From Calcarisporiella thermophila CBS 279.70 (lineage: Eukaryota > Fungi > Calcarisporiellomycota): a stretch of 64,000 nt of DNA. A program made the translations under genes and the position numbers. The stretch covers positions 474,150 through 538,149 of the forward strand of contig NW_027192195.1 of NCBI RefSeq assembly GCF_041956535.1, in the 5' to 3' direction. The notes under the pieces are model-generated. The model was given only the letters and a program-made list of their open reading frames with translations, ran no database searches and was not told the origin of the DNA. This document shows, one piece after another, positions 1-11,208 of this stretch (position 1 is the first letter of the stretch; each line of letters opens with the position of its first letter).

Positions 1-2427
1 CCAAGGCAAGTCGCCAACGCAACCAGCCCGATAGCCTGCCCTCTCTGTCGCGGGAGCTCTCCAAGTTTTCCGACATGAAATCACCTCAGTACTCATATCG
101 TGATGCTCTCCCCATCTCGCCCCTATCTCCCCGCTCGGTGCTCGACGAGGAGCACACGACCTCCCCGCCCAGCACCCATCCCGGCGAGGCCAAAACATCG
201 CCCTACTCACTAGCAGAGAGTGCTTCGCTGAGCACCCCCCTCCCAGGCAGTCGTCGTGAACGTCGTCAATCGGCTCAACAGCAGCCGCTTGGACGATCCG
301 TTCCCTATGTGACCACCGTGGGGGAAAGCCAAAATCAGCCCTCGCAGCAAAAATCGCAGCAGACAAGCCCGCGCCAGGTGCTTGGCCAGCGTCGCCTTTC
401 GCACCGGAAACAACAGGTTCTCTCGTTGCAGAGACGCGAGTCTGCCCCCGAGGTCACCTCGTTGTTCAATACGCAGGCGCAATTGGACTGGCGAACCACA
501 ACACGCCCTGTTCTGCGCCGGGTGATCCCGGTGGAGGGCCCGCTTTTTGGAGGAATCGAGGTGTCTGTTTTGGGCACCGGCTTCTACGAGGGCCTTACGG
601 TCATGTTTGGGGACATCCCCACGCTCGCCACTCAATTCTGGTCGTCGAGCGCCCTTATTTGCGTGCTGCCTCCGTCGCCTACCCCCGGCCCGGTTCAGGT
701 GACCTTCAAGGAGTCGCCCGTGGACGAGCATGAGCAGGAGCCCGTGTACTTTGTGTATAAAGATGAGAAGATTGACTATCATCTAATGGAGCTCGCTCTC
801 CAGTGCTTGAACATGAAGTTGACGGGCGATGTGGAGAGTGCACGAGACATAGCGTTGCGAATCGTGAACAGTGCACAGGCGGCGAATCAAGACAACAGCT
901 CATCAGGCTTTCCTGCCTCTGGTGGCGACGCGGTGGGGCGTATCCAATTTTCAGAGAATGCGGTGCTGCGAGTGCTTGCCCATGCCGAGAGAGGCGGCCG
1001 GGGGGGTGTAGACATGTCGCTCCGGCATGCACAAACCCGACATACCATGCTGCACTTTGCAGCCCTGCTTGGGTACGCCCGCCTTACCCACCGGCTCGCC
1101 GAGCTTGGCTGCGACCTCAATGCTTGCGATCGCAGCGGCTTCACTGCGCTGCATTTTGCGGCTTGGATCGGAAACGTGGACGTGGTGAGGGCTCTGCTGG
1201 CCCATGGGGCCCGCACAGATTTGAGGGCATGCGGGCGAAGCGCAGTCGATCTCTCTCGCTCTCGTTACTTCCATGAAATTACCAGACTGTTGCGCGAGGG
1301 TTCCCTTCCCGCCCTCAACTGGTCCCTTCCAGAAAGGGAATACAGCCCGACGGAATTGCATGAAGAACAGGATGAGGATGGGGACGATTACCAGGACATG
1401 GGGGAGACCGAAGACGAGAGAATGCCAAGGGGCGAGGTGGTAGCGGAAGTAAACTCTATAGCGCCCGGCGCCGCCCGTGCCACCCCAATTCCTCCTGATG
1501 GAGAAGATTCTGCCACCGGCTATCTGCGCAAAAAAATCCAGCGTTTTCTGACAGCTGCGGCCTCCGTAGGCAACCATGACATCCCTTTTCTCAAAAGTTT
1601 GCCTTACCCTCACGTGCCACATGTCGCGATGCCTTCACTGGACGTCCACGAGTATATGCAATATCTACGGTATCTTGAAAATTTCATACCGCCCAAGTTT
1701 CGCCGTGTGACACCGCCCGCGCAAGACGATATCAAGTATGAATGGCAAGAGATGGGGTATCGAGATGCGGCCCCCGCTACTGCTGTCCCAGCTCCCACAG
1801 GCTCCATGACGGGCAAGGACCCATTGGCGAACATGTGGAATGAGGGAATGCCCGCCCAACCCGTGGCTTCAAAATTAGACTCTTCCTCCCCTGTGGCCCC
1901 CATTCAGCACTGGTATTGGTCCATGATAGGATACCCTGCTTGGCTTTCGGCGTCCCATCCTGTCGCCGAAGCCACGGCTGCTAAAGCGGCCGCCGCCACG
2001 ACTACCCTCCGGAAGCAAATGCCATCGCCGCTTCCCTCCTTCGTAGTGAAAGAGGACCCCCTCCCCACTCCCCCCTGCTCTAGTAACCAACGTCGACCCA
2101 ACTACGCTGCCCCGCCCATTTCGCACGCCCCCGCCATGCCAGGTGGCACGGAGATCGACGACCACGAGAGAGACAAGCTTGGGACGGCGAAGCGGGCCCC
2201 TGGTATTCTGAATGACAAGAAACTACTCTGGCTTTATGTCCCCGTGCTAATGGGTGAGTCTTTTGACATCGACTTTGATCGTATTTATCGGCAGGAGAAA
2301 AGTCCTAACCCCCACCTTTTAAATAGCGGTGTCGCTCTGGCTTTTGCTCCAGTTCCTGAAGGCGCACCCCAGAGTTAGCATGTGGCTCGTCTCTCTCATT
2401 CCCCAGGCCAATACAGGACTAGTCTAG
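1..2427 (+). CDS. Mga2/Spt23-like membrane-anchored transcription factor (IPT/TIG + ankyrin repeats + C-terminal TM), probably 5'-partial
   Basis: IPT motif RVIPVEGPLFGGIEVSVLGTGFY...FWSSSALICVLPP; ankyrin repeats HTMLHFAALLG and GFTALHFAAWIG. Intron 2254-2326 (GTGAGT..CTAAC..TAG) completes the TM DKKLLWLYVPVLMAVSLWLLLQFL; stop at 2425-2427. Confidence 0.88.
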
Positions 2428-3557
2428 TGCCTACAAAATGAAGGAAATGATAATCAATAACAAACGCAAATACTCTTCTCCTAGCCATAGCATATCCTCC
2501 CCCCCCCTACTCATATGGGCCTTTCATCCTGTTATTTGATAACCCCTAGCATACCTTATATTCATATTCCCCTATGCATAATATTTATACCCCCTATCCT
2601 TCCCCTCCCCCACGTACACTTTACTCTGAGACGCTTCATTCTATGTGCTAAGTTTTTTTCATTCATCTGGACTTGTCGAATTATTTATAAATTACAAAAG
2701 TATAGGACTCTCGTTTCATATTCTGTATGTTTTTATCCCTATATACATATACTTATACATACGCATATATGCTCTTTTTTTGGATACTTGAATCCACGAT
2801 ACTCTGGACTCTTTTTTTTTTACTTTCTGTAACTTCTTCCTATAGCATCAAGTTATATAAACAATGGACGTTATTTTTTTTTTTAGCACACCTCCTCTTT
2901 TGTTTAAACACAGTTATGGAATAAATGCTATGTATCAAAATTACTTTGGCTTATCAATGATAACATTATGGCCAACCGCCTCACCACTCTCTATGTTTTG
3001 TGTTTTCTCCTATCGTCCTCCCGACGCTGTGCGTCCCGTTTAATGAAAATTGGCACATTACATGGAAAAAGGGATTGCTTTATTCTCTTGCAAGAACTTA
3101 ATGAAACTTAAGAGGAAATGAAAATGGGGGGAGGGAGGAGAAAGAGGGCCCCCTTCCTCGACGTTGTAAACCATCCTCTTTCGATGTGTTAATTATTAGG
3201 AGCGCAATAAATTAGAGGTACAAAGTCAATAACTGCCCTGACCCGCCTGGAAATATGAAGAATAGTTTAAAGACATGGTACAGCAGTAGTGCAGAAAATG
3301 ATGTATAAAAAAAAAGTGATAGCAAAAATTGCGTACTAATTTCTATCTTTATTTTCTTTGCCAGGTCGAAAAAAGTCAGATCTCTCTAGCTGGTACTCCG
3401 ACTGAAACACCAAGAGGTTATATCCACCGTCCCTTGCTGTCTACCATGGCTAAACAAGAGAAGAATATTCAAAGTTAATGGGAAATATTTTCACGCTGAG
3501 CAAAGAGAAAATCTCTTTAATTTTTGTGCTTTATATATGAAAGGCAACGGAATTTTC

Positions 3558-3913
3558 TGTTACGGGAATATCGGTATTTCATATAGACAGTCATAACAGC
3601 GCCATAAAAAAAAGCTTTCTTTTTACCAATTTATGCACTATGTTAAACTTTAATGCTAGATATCCTAATTCCTTTGAAATTTCTTTTCTTTTCAAGGCTT
3701 TTAATTGAGATTTCTTTGCGTTATCTTGTTATAGTTTTATTGGTATGTAAGGGGAGGGCTTTATACTTCATGAAAAAGGGAGGCGGATTAGTGTTTTGAA
3801 TATCGAGTAATAGTTTGAAATTTATTGTCTTATTTTCTTTTTTTAATAAGAAAATCTTTGTTTTGTATCCTTTCGTACAAATCTTCACGGCATACCGCTA
3901 AATTCAGGTAACA
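3558..3913 (+). mobile_element. LTR (TGTTA...TAACA) of a Ty3/Gypsy-like retrotransposon, followed by a putative PBS (TGGTGGGGC, about 3916)
   Basis: Termini are TGTTAC/GTAACA, a TGG-starting PBS lies 2 nt downstream, and a gag-like fragment follows. Confidence 0.65.
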
Positions 3914-4015
3914 TTTGGTGGGGCATGAGAGACCATCAGTGACATAAAATCCTGATGAACTTCAACAATCAACCCAATACTGAGTTCAACTGCTTCGTGA
4001 GGGCCTGAGCACCGA

Positions 4016-4120
4016 GTGGCAACGCCGACACCATGGTATGGTACACCTAGAGAGGACCCTGTTGGATGGCTGCAATCGTTTGAGATTATGCGTAAAGCCA
4101 ATAATTGGTCCGACGAAACG
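4016..4120 (+). pseudogene. Truncated retrotransposon Gag N-terminal fragment
   Basis: PTPWYGTPREDPVGWLQSFEIMRKANNWSDE resembles the F/Y-x-G-xx-EDP-xx-WL-xx-FE...NNW Gag N-terminus of Ty3/Gypsy elements; similarity breaks off after about 35 aa. Confidence 0.6.
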
Positions 4121-4261
4121 TCCTGTCAGAGTGCTTGGAAATGTCGGATTATGTGTTCTTTGCTTCCTCGAAATCGAAGGCTACTTCTTGGCTGTCATTG
4201 ATCTGGATTAGCGAGCTCTTTCCCCAATTTTGCTTGAACCCTTCTTCGTCTTTTTTTCTCT

Positions 4262-4355
4262 GTGCATGTATCCATTGTCCTTTGAAAAGAAGTTTTTTTT
4301 TACTTAAGTGGCGCAGTTTTGACTGTCTGTAAGAAATACCGACATTCCCGTAACA
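4262..4355 (-). mobile_element. Inverted partial copy of the LTR 5' end at 3558
   Basis: Reverse complement TGTTACGGGAATGTCGGTATTTCTTACAGACAGTCAAAACTGCGCCAC aligns with 3558 TGTTACGGGAATATCGGTATTTCATATAGACAGTCATAACAGCGCCAT. Confidence 0.85.
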
Positions 4356-4565
4356 GAAATGTTACGGGCGTAAGGAGGTTTGTGTGGAGGGGTATCCGGA
4401 TCTTGATAAAAATAAGAGATTTATCTTAATAATTCAGGGAATTGGTGTTGAACATTAAAATAAACGAAGGGTTTAAATAGAATTGTGATCAAAGGAGAAT
4501 AATTCTCACTGGTGTTCAAAGATGAGATAGATAAGACAACAAAGTATCAATCAACATCAACAAGA

Positions 4566-4645
4566 TAGCCATGAGGGAGTATAAGAGTAGCCATGAGGGA
4601 GTATAAGAGTAACCATGAGGCCGGCGAGTAACCACGAGGGGTCGG
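4566..4645. repeat. About 22-bp tandem repeat (AGCCATGAGGGAGTATAAGAGT), 2 good and 2 degenerate copies, inside the LTR
   Basis: Directly visible in the sequence. Confidence 0.8.
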
Positions 4646-4703
4646 CAACGTAGCGGTAATCAATTCTATTGGCTGCTCTACTTGAAAGATATCGCGCTTT
4701 CTG

Positions 4704-5455
4704 TTTTTTTTTTGGGATTTATGGATCTTTATTGAAAAGTATCCTTTTAAGTTAGTATAGTGCCTTGTCAGGAGAAATACATGTAAGTAGTGGCTGATCG
4801 TATGAATACCATCTTATTTTTCAAGGACGGTATTATACAAGAGAGGAAAAGAATATGGACTAATATAGAAAGAAAAAAAAAGGAAAACTAGAATGCGGGT
4901 GGTAGAGTATTCGGCAAGGTCGTATTGGAGCTAAGTGTTTTGGTTGAAGGATATTTCGTCTCCTTGGACTTGTATCCAACTTCCCTTACACCAAAGCTCT
5001 TGGAAATCTTCTTTCTTATCCTTTATGGACGCTGACCACCATTTGGATCTCACGATTTTTTTGCATTTCGTGACCTAGTTGTTCAGCGAGCGCTATTTCA
5101 CTTGGTTGTGCGTTATCCATTATCATCGATAATCTTGATCGATAGATGATCCAAATTGCTGCATCATGGACCGTTGACACTACTTCCCATTGGTAGCCCA
5201 TGGTTTTGTAGTCTGTTCCAAATAGTCTGTCTTCCTTGGTTGACTCGTGGGCTCTCACTCCAAGAATGCGGCATACGAAGTTGTCTACCGTTTGCCATAA
5301 CCGATTTATGGCCGGGCATTCCAGGTAAGCATGGCTAATGGTTTCCACTGCGTTGGTTCTGCATCGCTTGCAAATATTAGGTTCTCCTGTCCACTTGCTA
5401 GTGATGATGTTTGTCACCAATCTGTGTTTCAAGAGTCTCCATCTTAGTGTCCTAT
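4704..5455 (-). mobile_element. 5'-truncated non-LTR retrotransposon (L1/Tx1-like ORF2 C-terminus) with poly(A) tail and 16-bp TSD
   Basis: Identical GATATCGCGCTTTCTG at 4688-4703 and 5456-5471; T10 at 4704-4713; minus-strand ORF with the CCHC zf-RVT motif CKRC...ETISHAYLECP and AIWIIYRSR. Confidence 0.9.
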
Positions 5456-5543
5456 GATATCGCGCTTTCTGAATGTCTATGTGACTGCCTCTGTGACTTC
5501 CCCGTACAAAAACCAATTATCTCGTAACATTTCGGTAAGGAAA

Positions 5544-5616
5544 GCCGGGTTAGCTCATCTGGGAGAGCGTAAGACTGAAGATCTTAAGGTACCCGGTTCG
5601 ATCCCGGGATCCGGCA
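5544..5616 (+). tRNA. tRNA-Phe (GAA), intronless
   Basis: Acceptor stem GCCGGGT/ATCCGGC-A, A box TAGCTCATCTGG, anticodon loop CTGAAGA, B box GGTTCGATCC, T-run terminator. Confidence 0.97.
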
Positions 5617-6141
5617 TTTTTTTAAATAGATTTTTTTATGTTGGAGTTAAACATGAAGACTGTTCATAGTCGTCGTATTTCCCTGCAATTTTGGTCAAGA
5701 GAAGTGCTGTATAAACATTGTTTTAGTGTGGATAGCTCTTATTAGTGGGTGCCCCAATAAGTTAAATCATCTGGATTCTCTGAATTTTGGCATGTGAAGG
5801 TAGAGATATCGAGAGTCCATTGTGGACCTCGGATAATTAGCGTGTAATAGTTTCTCAAGGCAGAGAGTAGAGGGCGGTTTTTCAATGTATATTTAAGGGT
5901 GCAATAGCATTTTATATAAATCAGACGTATGCACAGAGGCAGATTGTACGTCTATTTGCACTTTCCCGCTTATTTTTTAATCCCGATACTTATTCCCACG
6001 CTTGATTGTAAAGAAATACGCGGGGGAGCTGTTTTTCATCGACATCGATTCGGTCAATAGCTCGACTCTAGCCTTTGAGCACTACTCTCATCACTCATCC
6101 AAAATACATCGCAGCCCTTTTTCATAATTTCATCAAGGACG

Positions 6142-9100
6142 ATGCCTCAGTACACTGTTGAGAGGCTAGCTAGAAGTGGATTGGTGAAATACGCGTTACG
6201 ATGGGGTCAGTTGAGAGTAAGTATTTGTTATGAAAATGCCATCGCGCAGGAACCGACGGCAATCGAATTCATCATCACTCAATCTGATCCTAATCCACGG
6301 GAATTAATTCTATTGTTTCCTTCTGTATTATCTTTTTTTATTTTACAATCTTAGTTTGCCAGTACAGTCAAAGAGCCGAAGCTCCCCTTGAATGAGGAAT
6401 GGAGAAAGATGGCCCAAAAAGAGCTAAAAGGAAAGGATCCCGAGACGCTCATTTGGCACACGCCTGAGGGGATCAAAGTAAAACCAGTATACACTAAAGA
6501 TGACACCGCAGACATTGCACTTGAAATCCCGGGAAAATATCCGTTCACACGTGGACCATATGCCACTATGTAGGTTAATTTGAAAAAGTGCCTTTATTGC
6601 CGCTTATTCTCTTGTGCTTATTTGTATTACACTCCCTACCCCACTCCCCTCCTTTTTCGTTTAGGTATACTTCGAAACCTTGGACTATTCGACAGGTGAA
6701 TAGCGTGATATTTTCAAACTATCCAATATCTTCTATTGATTATTCTATTTCCATTAGTATGCCGGTTTCAGTACTGTGGAGGAATCAAACCGCTTTTATA
6801 GAAAAAATTTGGCGGCTGGTCAACAAGGGTTGTCTGTTGCTTTTGACTTGGCGACTCATAGAGGGTATGACTCGGATCATCCGCGTGTAGTAGGTGATGT
6901 AGGAATGGCGGGTGTAGCTATCGATTCGGTAGAGGATATGAAGGTAATTTTGAGGACGGGAAATGGATTGTTTTGGGCTGTGTGCTAGAACCTTCTATTG
7001 TGTAGATTCTTTTCGATGGGATTCCTCTAAACAAGATGTCCGTCTCCATGACCATGAACGGGGCAGTATTGCCAATTCTTGCCATGTACATTGTCGCTGG
7101 GCTGGAACAGGTTAGGTTTCGTCATTTCTCCATTTCCCTGCTCGTTTTTCAGTCCGTTTAGCTCATTCTTGCCTATGATTAGGGCTGTGAATACAAGGAC
7201 CTCTCAGGAACCATTCAAAACGATATTCTGAAGGAATTCATGGTTCGAAACACTTTCATATACCCGCCCGAACCGTCGATGAGAATTATCGCCGATATTT
7301 TCGCCTTTACTTCCAAGGTATTTTTTTTTTTGCCTTTTCTTATTTCTTGTTCCGCGCTTTTATTAAACAGAGTTGCAATAGCACATGCCCAGGTACAACA
7401 GTATTAGTATTAGTGGGTACCATATGCAAGAAGCTGGTGCAGACAACGTACTTGAACTGGCTTTTACTATTGCCGATGGTCTTGAGTATGTCCGGACAGG
7501 TATCCGGGCTGGGATGACGGTAGATGACTTTGCGCCGCGACTCTCCTTCTTTTGGGCAATTGGAATGAACTTTTATATGGTAGGGGCTCTCTAAACCATG
7601 TGTCCAGCCTTTTTACGTTGACCTATTTACAATCATTTTAGGAAATTGCAAAAATGCGTGCTGGACGTCGGTTGTGGGCGCATCTTATTCAGGAAAAATT
7701 CCAGCCCAAGAACCCTAAATCACTCCTTTTGCGCACGCACTGTCAAACTTCCGGATGGAGTCTTGTAAGTGTTTCTATGTCTTTTTTTTCTTGGATAAAT
7801 TTGGCTGACTCGACTTTTTTTTTATTTACCTCTCTTTTATTTAGACTGAGCAAGATCCATATGTAAGTGCTATTTATTTGGGGAAATAAATCCAGTCATT
7901 TGAATAATTACTAAATTTTGCGCCCATGTAGAACAATGTTATTCGGACGACCATTGAGGCCATGGCTGCCACTCTCGGTGGAACCCAGTCGTTGCACACG
8001 AATGCCCTTGACGAAGCCATTGGACTTCCCACTGAGTTCAGTGCGCGCATTGCACGCAATACTCAACTGATTCTTCAGGAAGAGGCGATGATTCCTCGCG
8101 TTGCAGATCCCTGGGGAGGCTCATACATGATGGAGTCTCTGACGAATCAAATGTATGAGGCTGCACGCGAACTGATCGAGGAAGTGGAGGCCATGGGTGG
8201 TATGGCCAAAGCCGTCGCAAGTGGCATGCCTAAGCTGAAGATTGAAGAGAGTGCGGCAAGGAGACAGGCGCGTATCGATAGTGGCCAAGAGACCATTGTG
8301 GGAGTCAACAAGTATCGATTGGAGAAGGAGGATGAGGTGGATGTGCTTGCTATCGATAACACTGCAGTGCGAAATTCACAAGTAAGAGCCTGTTTGTACC
8401 TCCCCCCCCTCTTCTCCTTCTTATGTTTCTTAATATGGGGTATTCCTGCACCTCTTTATGTTAGATTGCACGCATTCAAAAGATCCGCAAATCTCGAGAT
8501 GAGACAAAAGCACAAGCCGCCCTTGACGCTCTGACCGAGTCTGCTCGCACAGGAAAAGGCAATCTCCTAGAGTTGTCTATTGAGGCGACCAAGCTTCGGT
8601 GCACCGTGGGTGAGATCTCCTATGCCCTCGAAAAGGTATGGGGCCGACACATGCCTTCGAGCCGAGTGGTCAGCGGTGCCTACAAATCCGAGTATGGCTC
8701 ACGGGACGAGGTCACCAAGACAACGGAGCTGATTGACGCTTTCACTCGCGCACAGGGTCGTCGCCCCCGTATGCTTGTTGCGAAGATGGGCCAGGATGGA
8801 CACGACCGCGGGGCAAAGGTGATTGCGTCGGCGTTTGCGGATCTCGGGTTTGATGTGGATGTGGGTCCCCTTTTCCAGGTGAGACTTAGACGCCATCCTG
8901 CGACTCACTTTTGGAAAATGTCGGAGCTGACCTCTATTATTTTAAGACTCCTGCCGAGGTTGCTCGTCAGGCCATTGATGCGGATGTGCACGTTGTAGGA
9001 GTGTCCTCGCAAGCAGCCGGACACAAAACTCTGGTGCCACAGCTCATCGAAGAGCTGAAAAAGGTGGGAGCGGGCGATAAGTTGGTGGTGTGTGGTGGGG

Positions 9101-9270
9101 TGATTCCACAGCAGGACTATCAATTTCTCTATGATGCCGGAGCATCCGCCATCTTTGGGCCTGGCACCCGAATTCCGCTTGCCGCGCAGGAGGTGGTGCG
9201 CAAAATTGAGGAGGCTCTACAGACCAACGGCTCAAAGGTGAAGGAGAGCAAGAAGGTTGCCTCCGGTTAA
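6142..9270 (+). CDS. MMUT: Mitochondrial methylmalonyl-CoA mutase (adenosylcobalamin-dependent), multi-exon
   Basis: [68 protein letters not shown], and the B12-binding motif [14 protein letters not shown]-terminal presequence-like exon 6142-6216; includes an 18-nt exon at 7845-7862. Confidence 0.97.
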
Positions 9271-9733
9271 ACTCGTTCTTGGTCCATTAGTAGTTGGACT
9301 TCACTATTCGACTCGATAGATAGGTATTTAAATCTCGGTATATCATGGAGTCTTATTATCTTCTTAAAATGTAGCTACGAATATATTCGATTTCTTCCTC
9401 TGGTTTTCTAATACTTTTATTGAAAACCTATTAAGCGAGCCATACGATGTATTTTTTTTTTAATCTCACTTAGAAGGTTTGCCTATATTCCCTTAAAATC
9501 CATTCTTGGTGCAAATATGAAAATAACAGACACTTCAGTCCTCAAGATTTCAAAAAAGGCTTTTCCATTTGCAAGTCACAAGATTTCTGACCACCTTTTT
9601 TTTTCTATTTCTTTTTCTCACTTAAAGACATGACATTTGGAAAAAGCGAGGGCTACTCGCTGATCAGACAAGATTAATCTTTTGCATCTAAATTTTCCAA
9701 TCCCTTCCGATTTCTTTTTCTTTTTTTGTAAAA

Positions 9734-10751
9734 ATGCTCCACTCTCTCCTTTTCTCCCTCGTACGCACCCTCCTCCTCCAATGTTACCCTGCGTATGCAT
9801 CCTATAAAGCGGTTCAACACAATGACCTAGAAACCCTCTCACCTTGGCTGATGTACTGGATTGTGGTGGGCCTATTTGGGATCGCGGAATCCGTTGCTGA
9901 CCTATTCGTGTTTTGGTGAGTGTGATATATTAAGGTGAAGTGGATATCTGGATTGACACTGTGGCTATAGGATTCCGTTTTACTATGAAATCAAGCTATT
10001 ATTCATATTATGGCTCATCTTACCGCAGACGCAGGTAAGCTATCTTACTTCGTTCAATGTTAGATCTATCGCGCGCAACATTAAATGTTATTTTATTTTT
10101 GCTTATTTAGGGATCGGTGTTCCTCTATCGCAGAGTGGTAGAGCCTTATTTCACACAACACGAGCATGAAATAGACAAAACTCTAGCCGAGTATCAAGAG
10201 AGCGCCCGGCGCAAAGGGGCAGATTTAGGACGCAAGGGGCTAACGGCTCTGCAGCGCTTTGCGGTTGAGTCGCTAGTTAAAGCAAGTTTTCGCTCTTTTT
10301 GTTTTTGGCCAACCACTGGATTATATTAACACAATGACGTTGAATTGATATACCATAGGGGCAGCACTTGGTTGCGGACCAGATCGCCCACCAGACATTT
10401 GGCTCTAGTATCCCTCCTCCGTCGACTGAGGGACCACGCTTCACTGAACCACAGCGCTCGTCCAGAAAATACGATCCAGCCCCATCTGGCCCCTCCCAAA
10501 ATTCTAGCCTCGACACGGTCACCAGCTGGGCTGGATGGTTAGCTTCATCAGCAGTCACGGTCACCAGTGCAGCCGTCGTGGCCTCCTCGACCAGGGTGGC
10601 CGAGGCTGCACGTGCAGTTACCACGCCTCGCAAATCGGCTACTTCCTCTAAAGCTTCAGCAGAGGAAGCGCGCAAAATACGAGCGGAGAAGCGACGCGAG
10701 CTGGAAGCCATGTTACGGGAGCTTGAGGACGAAGAGAGCGAGGACCATTGA
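9734..10751 (+). CDS. TB2/DP1/HVA22 (REEP1-4-like) ER-shaping protein
   Basis: YPAYASYKAV...WLMYWIV...WIPFYYEIKLLFILWLILPQTQG; three introns, the third a GC-AG intron (10282-10358). Confidence 0.9.
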
Positions 10752-11208
10752 CGCCACGGCTCATTTTAGATATTGTGGTGTGTTGAGACCCTCTCTTCTA
10801 CAATCCTAAGTTATTTTTTGCTTGTTCTAACGTTTTTGCTGTCCTCTTTGCCTCATGTTATTTTTTTTTTTGTTTTATTACACTCACGATAACCATGCCC
10901 AAGTTTCTCATTGTTTCGTAAATGTTGGGATTTTGAATTTTATAAGTTACCTGTATCTGTAATATTATCGGGTATTGTAAAATACCATCAATATAATTCA
11001 TCCAATTTCTGGAGTTATTACGTGGAAGACATTTTGTTAATTTCCTCTTAATAGCGATTTTGAGAGGGGTTCCTTGAATGTATTTAATAGTATTAAAATG
11101 GAAACAAGTGATGAAATAGAGTCTGAGGCGCAGAAATTACCGACCTTTTACGCGTTTGATCGTGTTCACCATAGCACCCGTTTTCTATTCGCGTTTCTTC
11201 AGTGAGAG

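Larger units (their letters stand above)
4360..5529 (-). mobile_element. Solo LTR (about 400 bp once the nested LINE is removed), ending 14 bp upstream of tRNA-Phe
   Basis: Termini TGTTACG (4360) and CGTAACA (5529); ends weakly resemble the LTR at 3558 in reverse orientation; interrupted by the LINE. Confidence 0.6.

Noticed and set aside
3330-3480. Branch point and acceptor-like signal followed by a possible exon
   Set aside because: No coherent reading frame or recognisable protein could be assembled.
4566-4645. CRISPR-like repeat array
   Set aside because: Abutting tandem repeats without unique spacers, inside a eukaryotic LTR.
6217-6354. Cobalamin riboswitch or C/D snoRNA in the first MMUT intron
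   Set aside because: No recognisable B12-box consensus and only a degenerate C box; ordinary intron features explain it.
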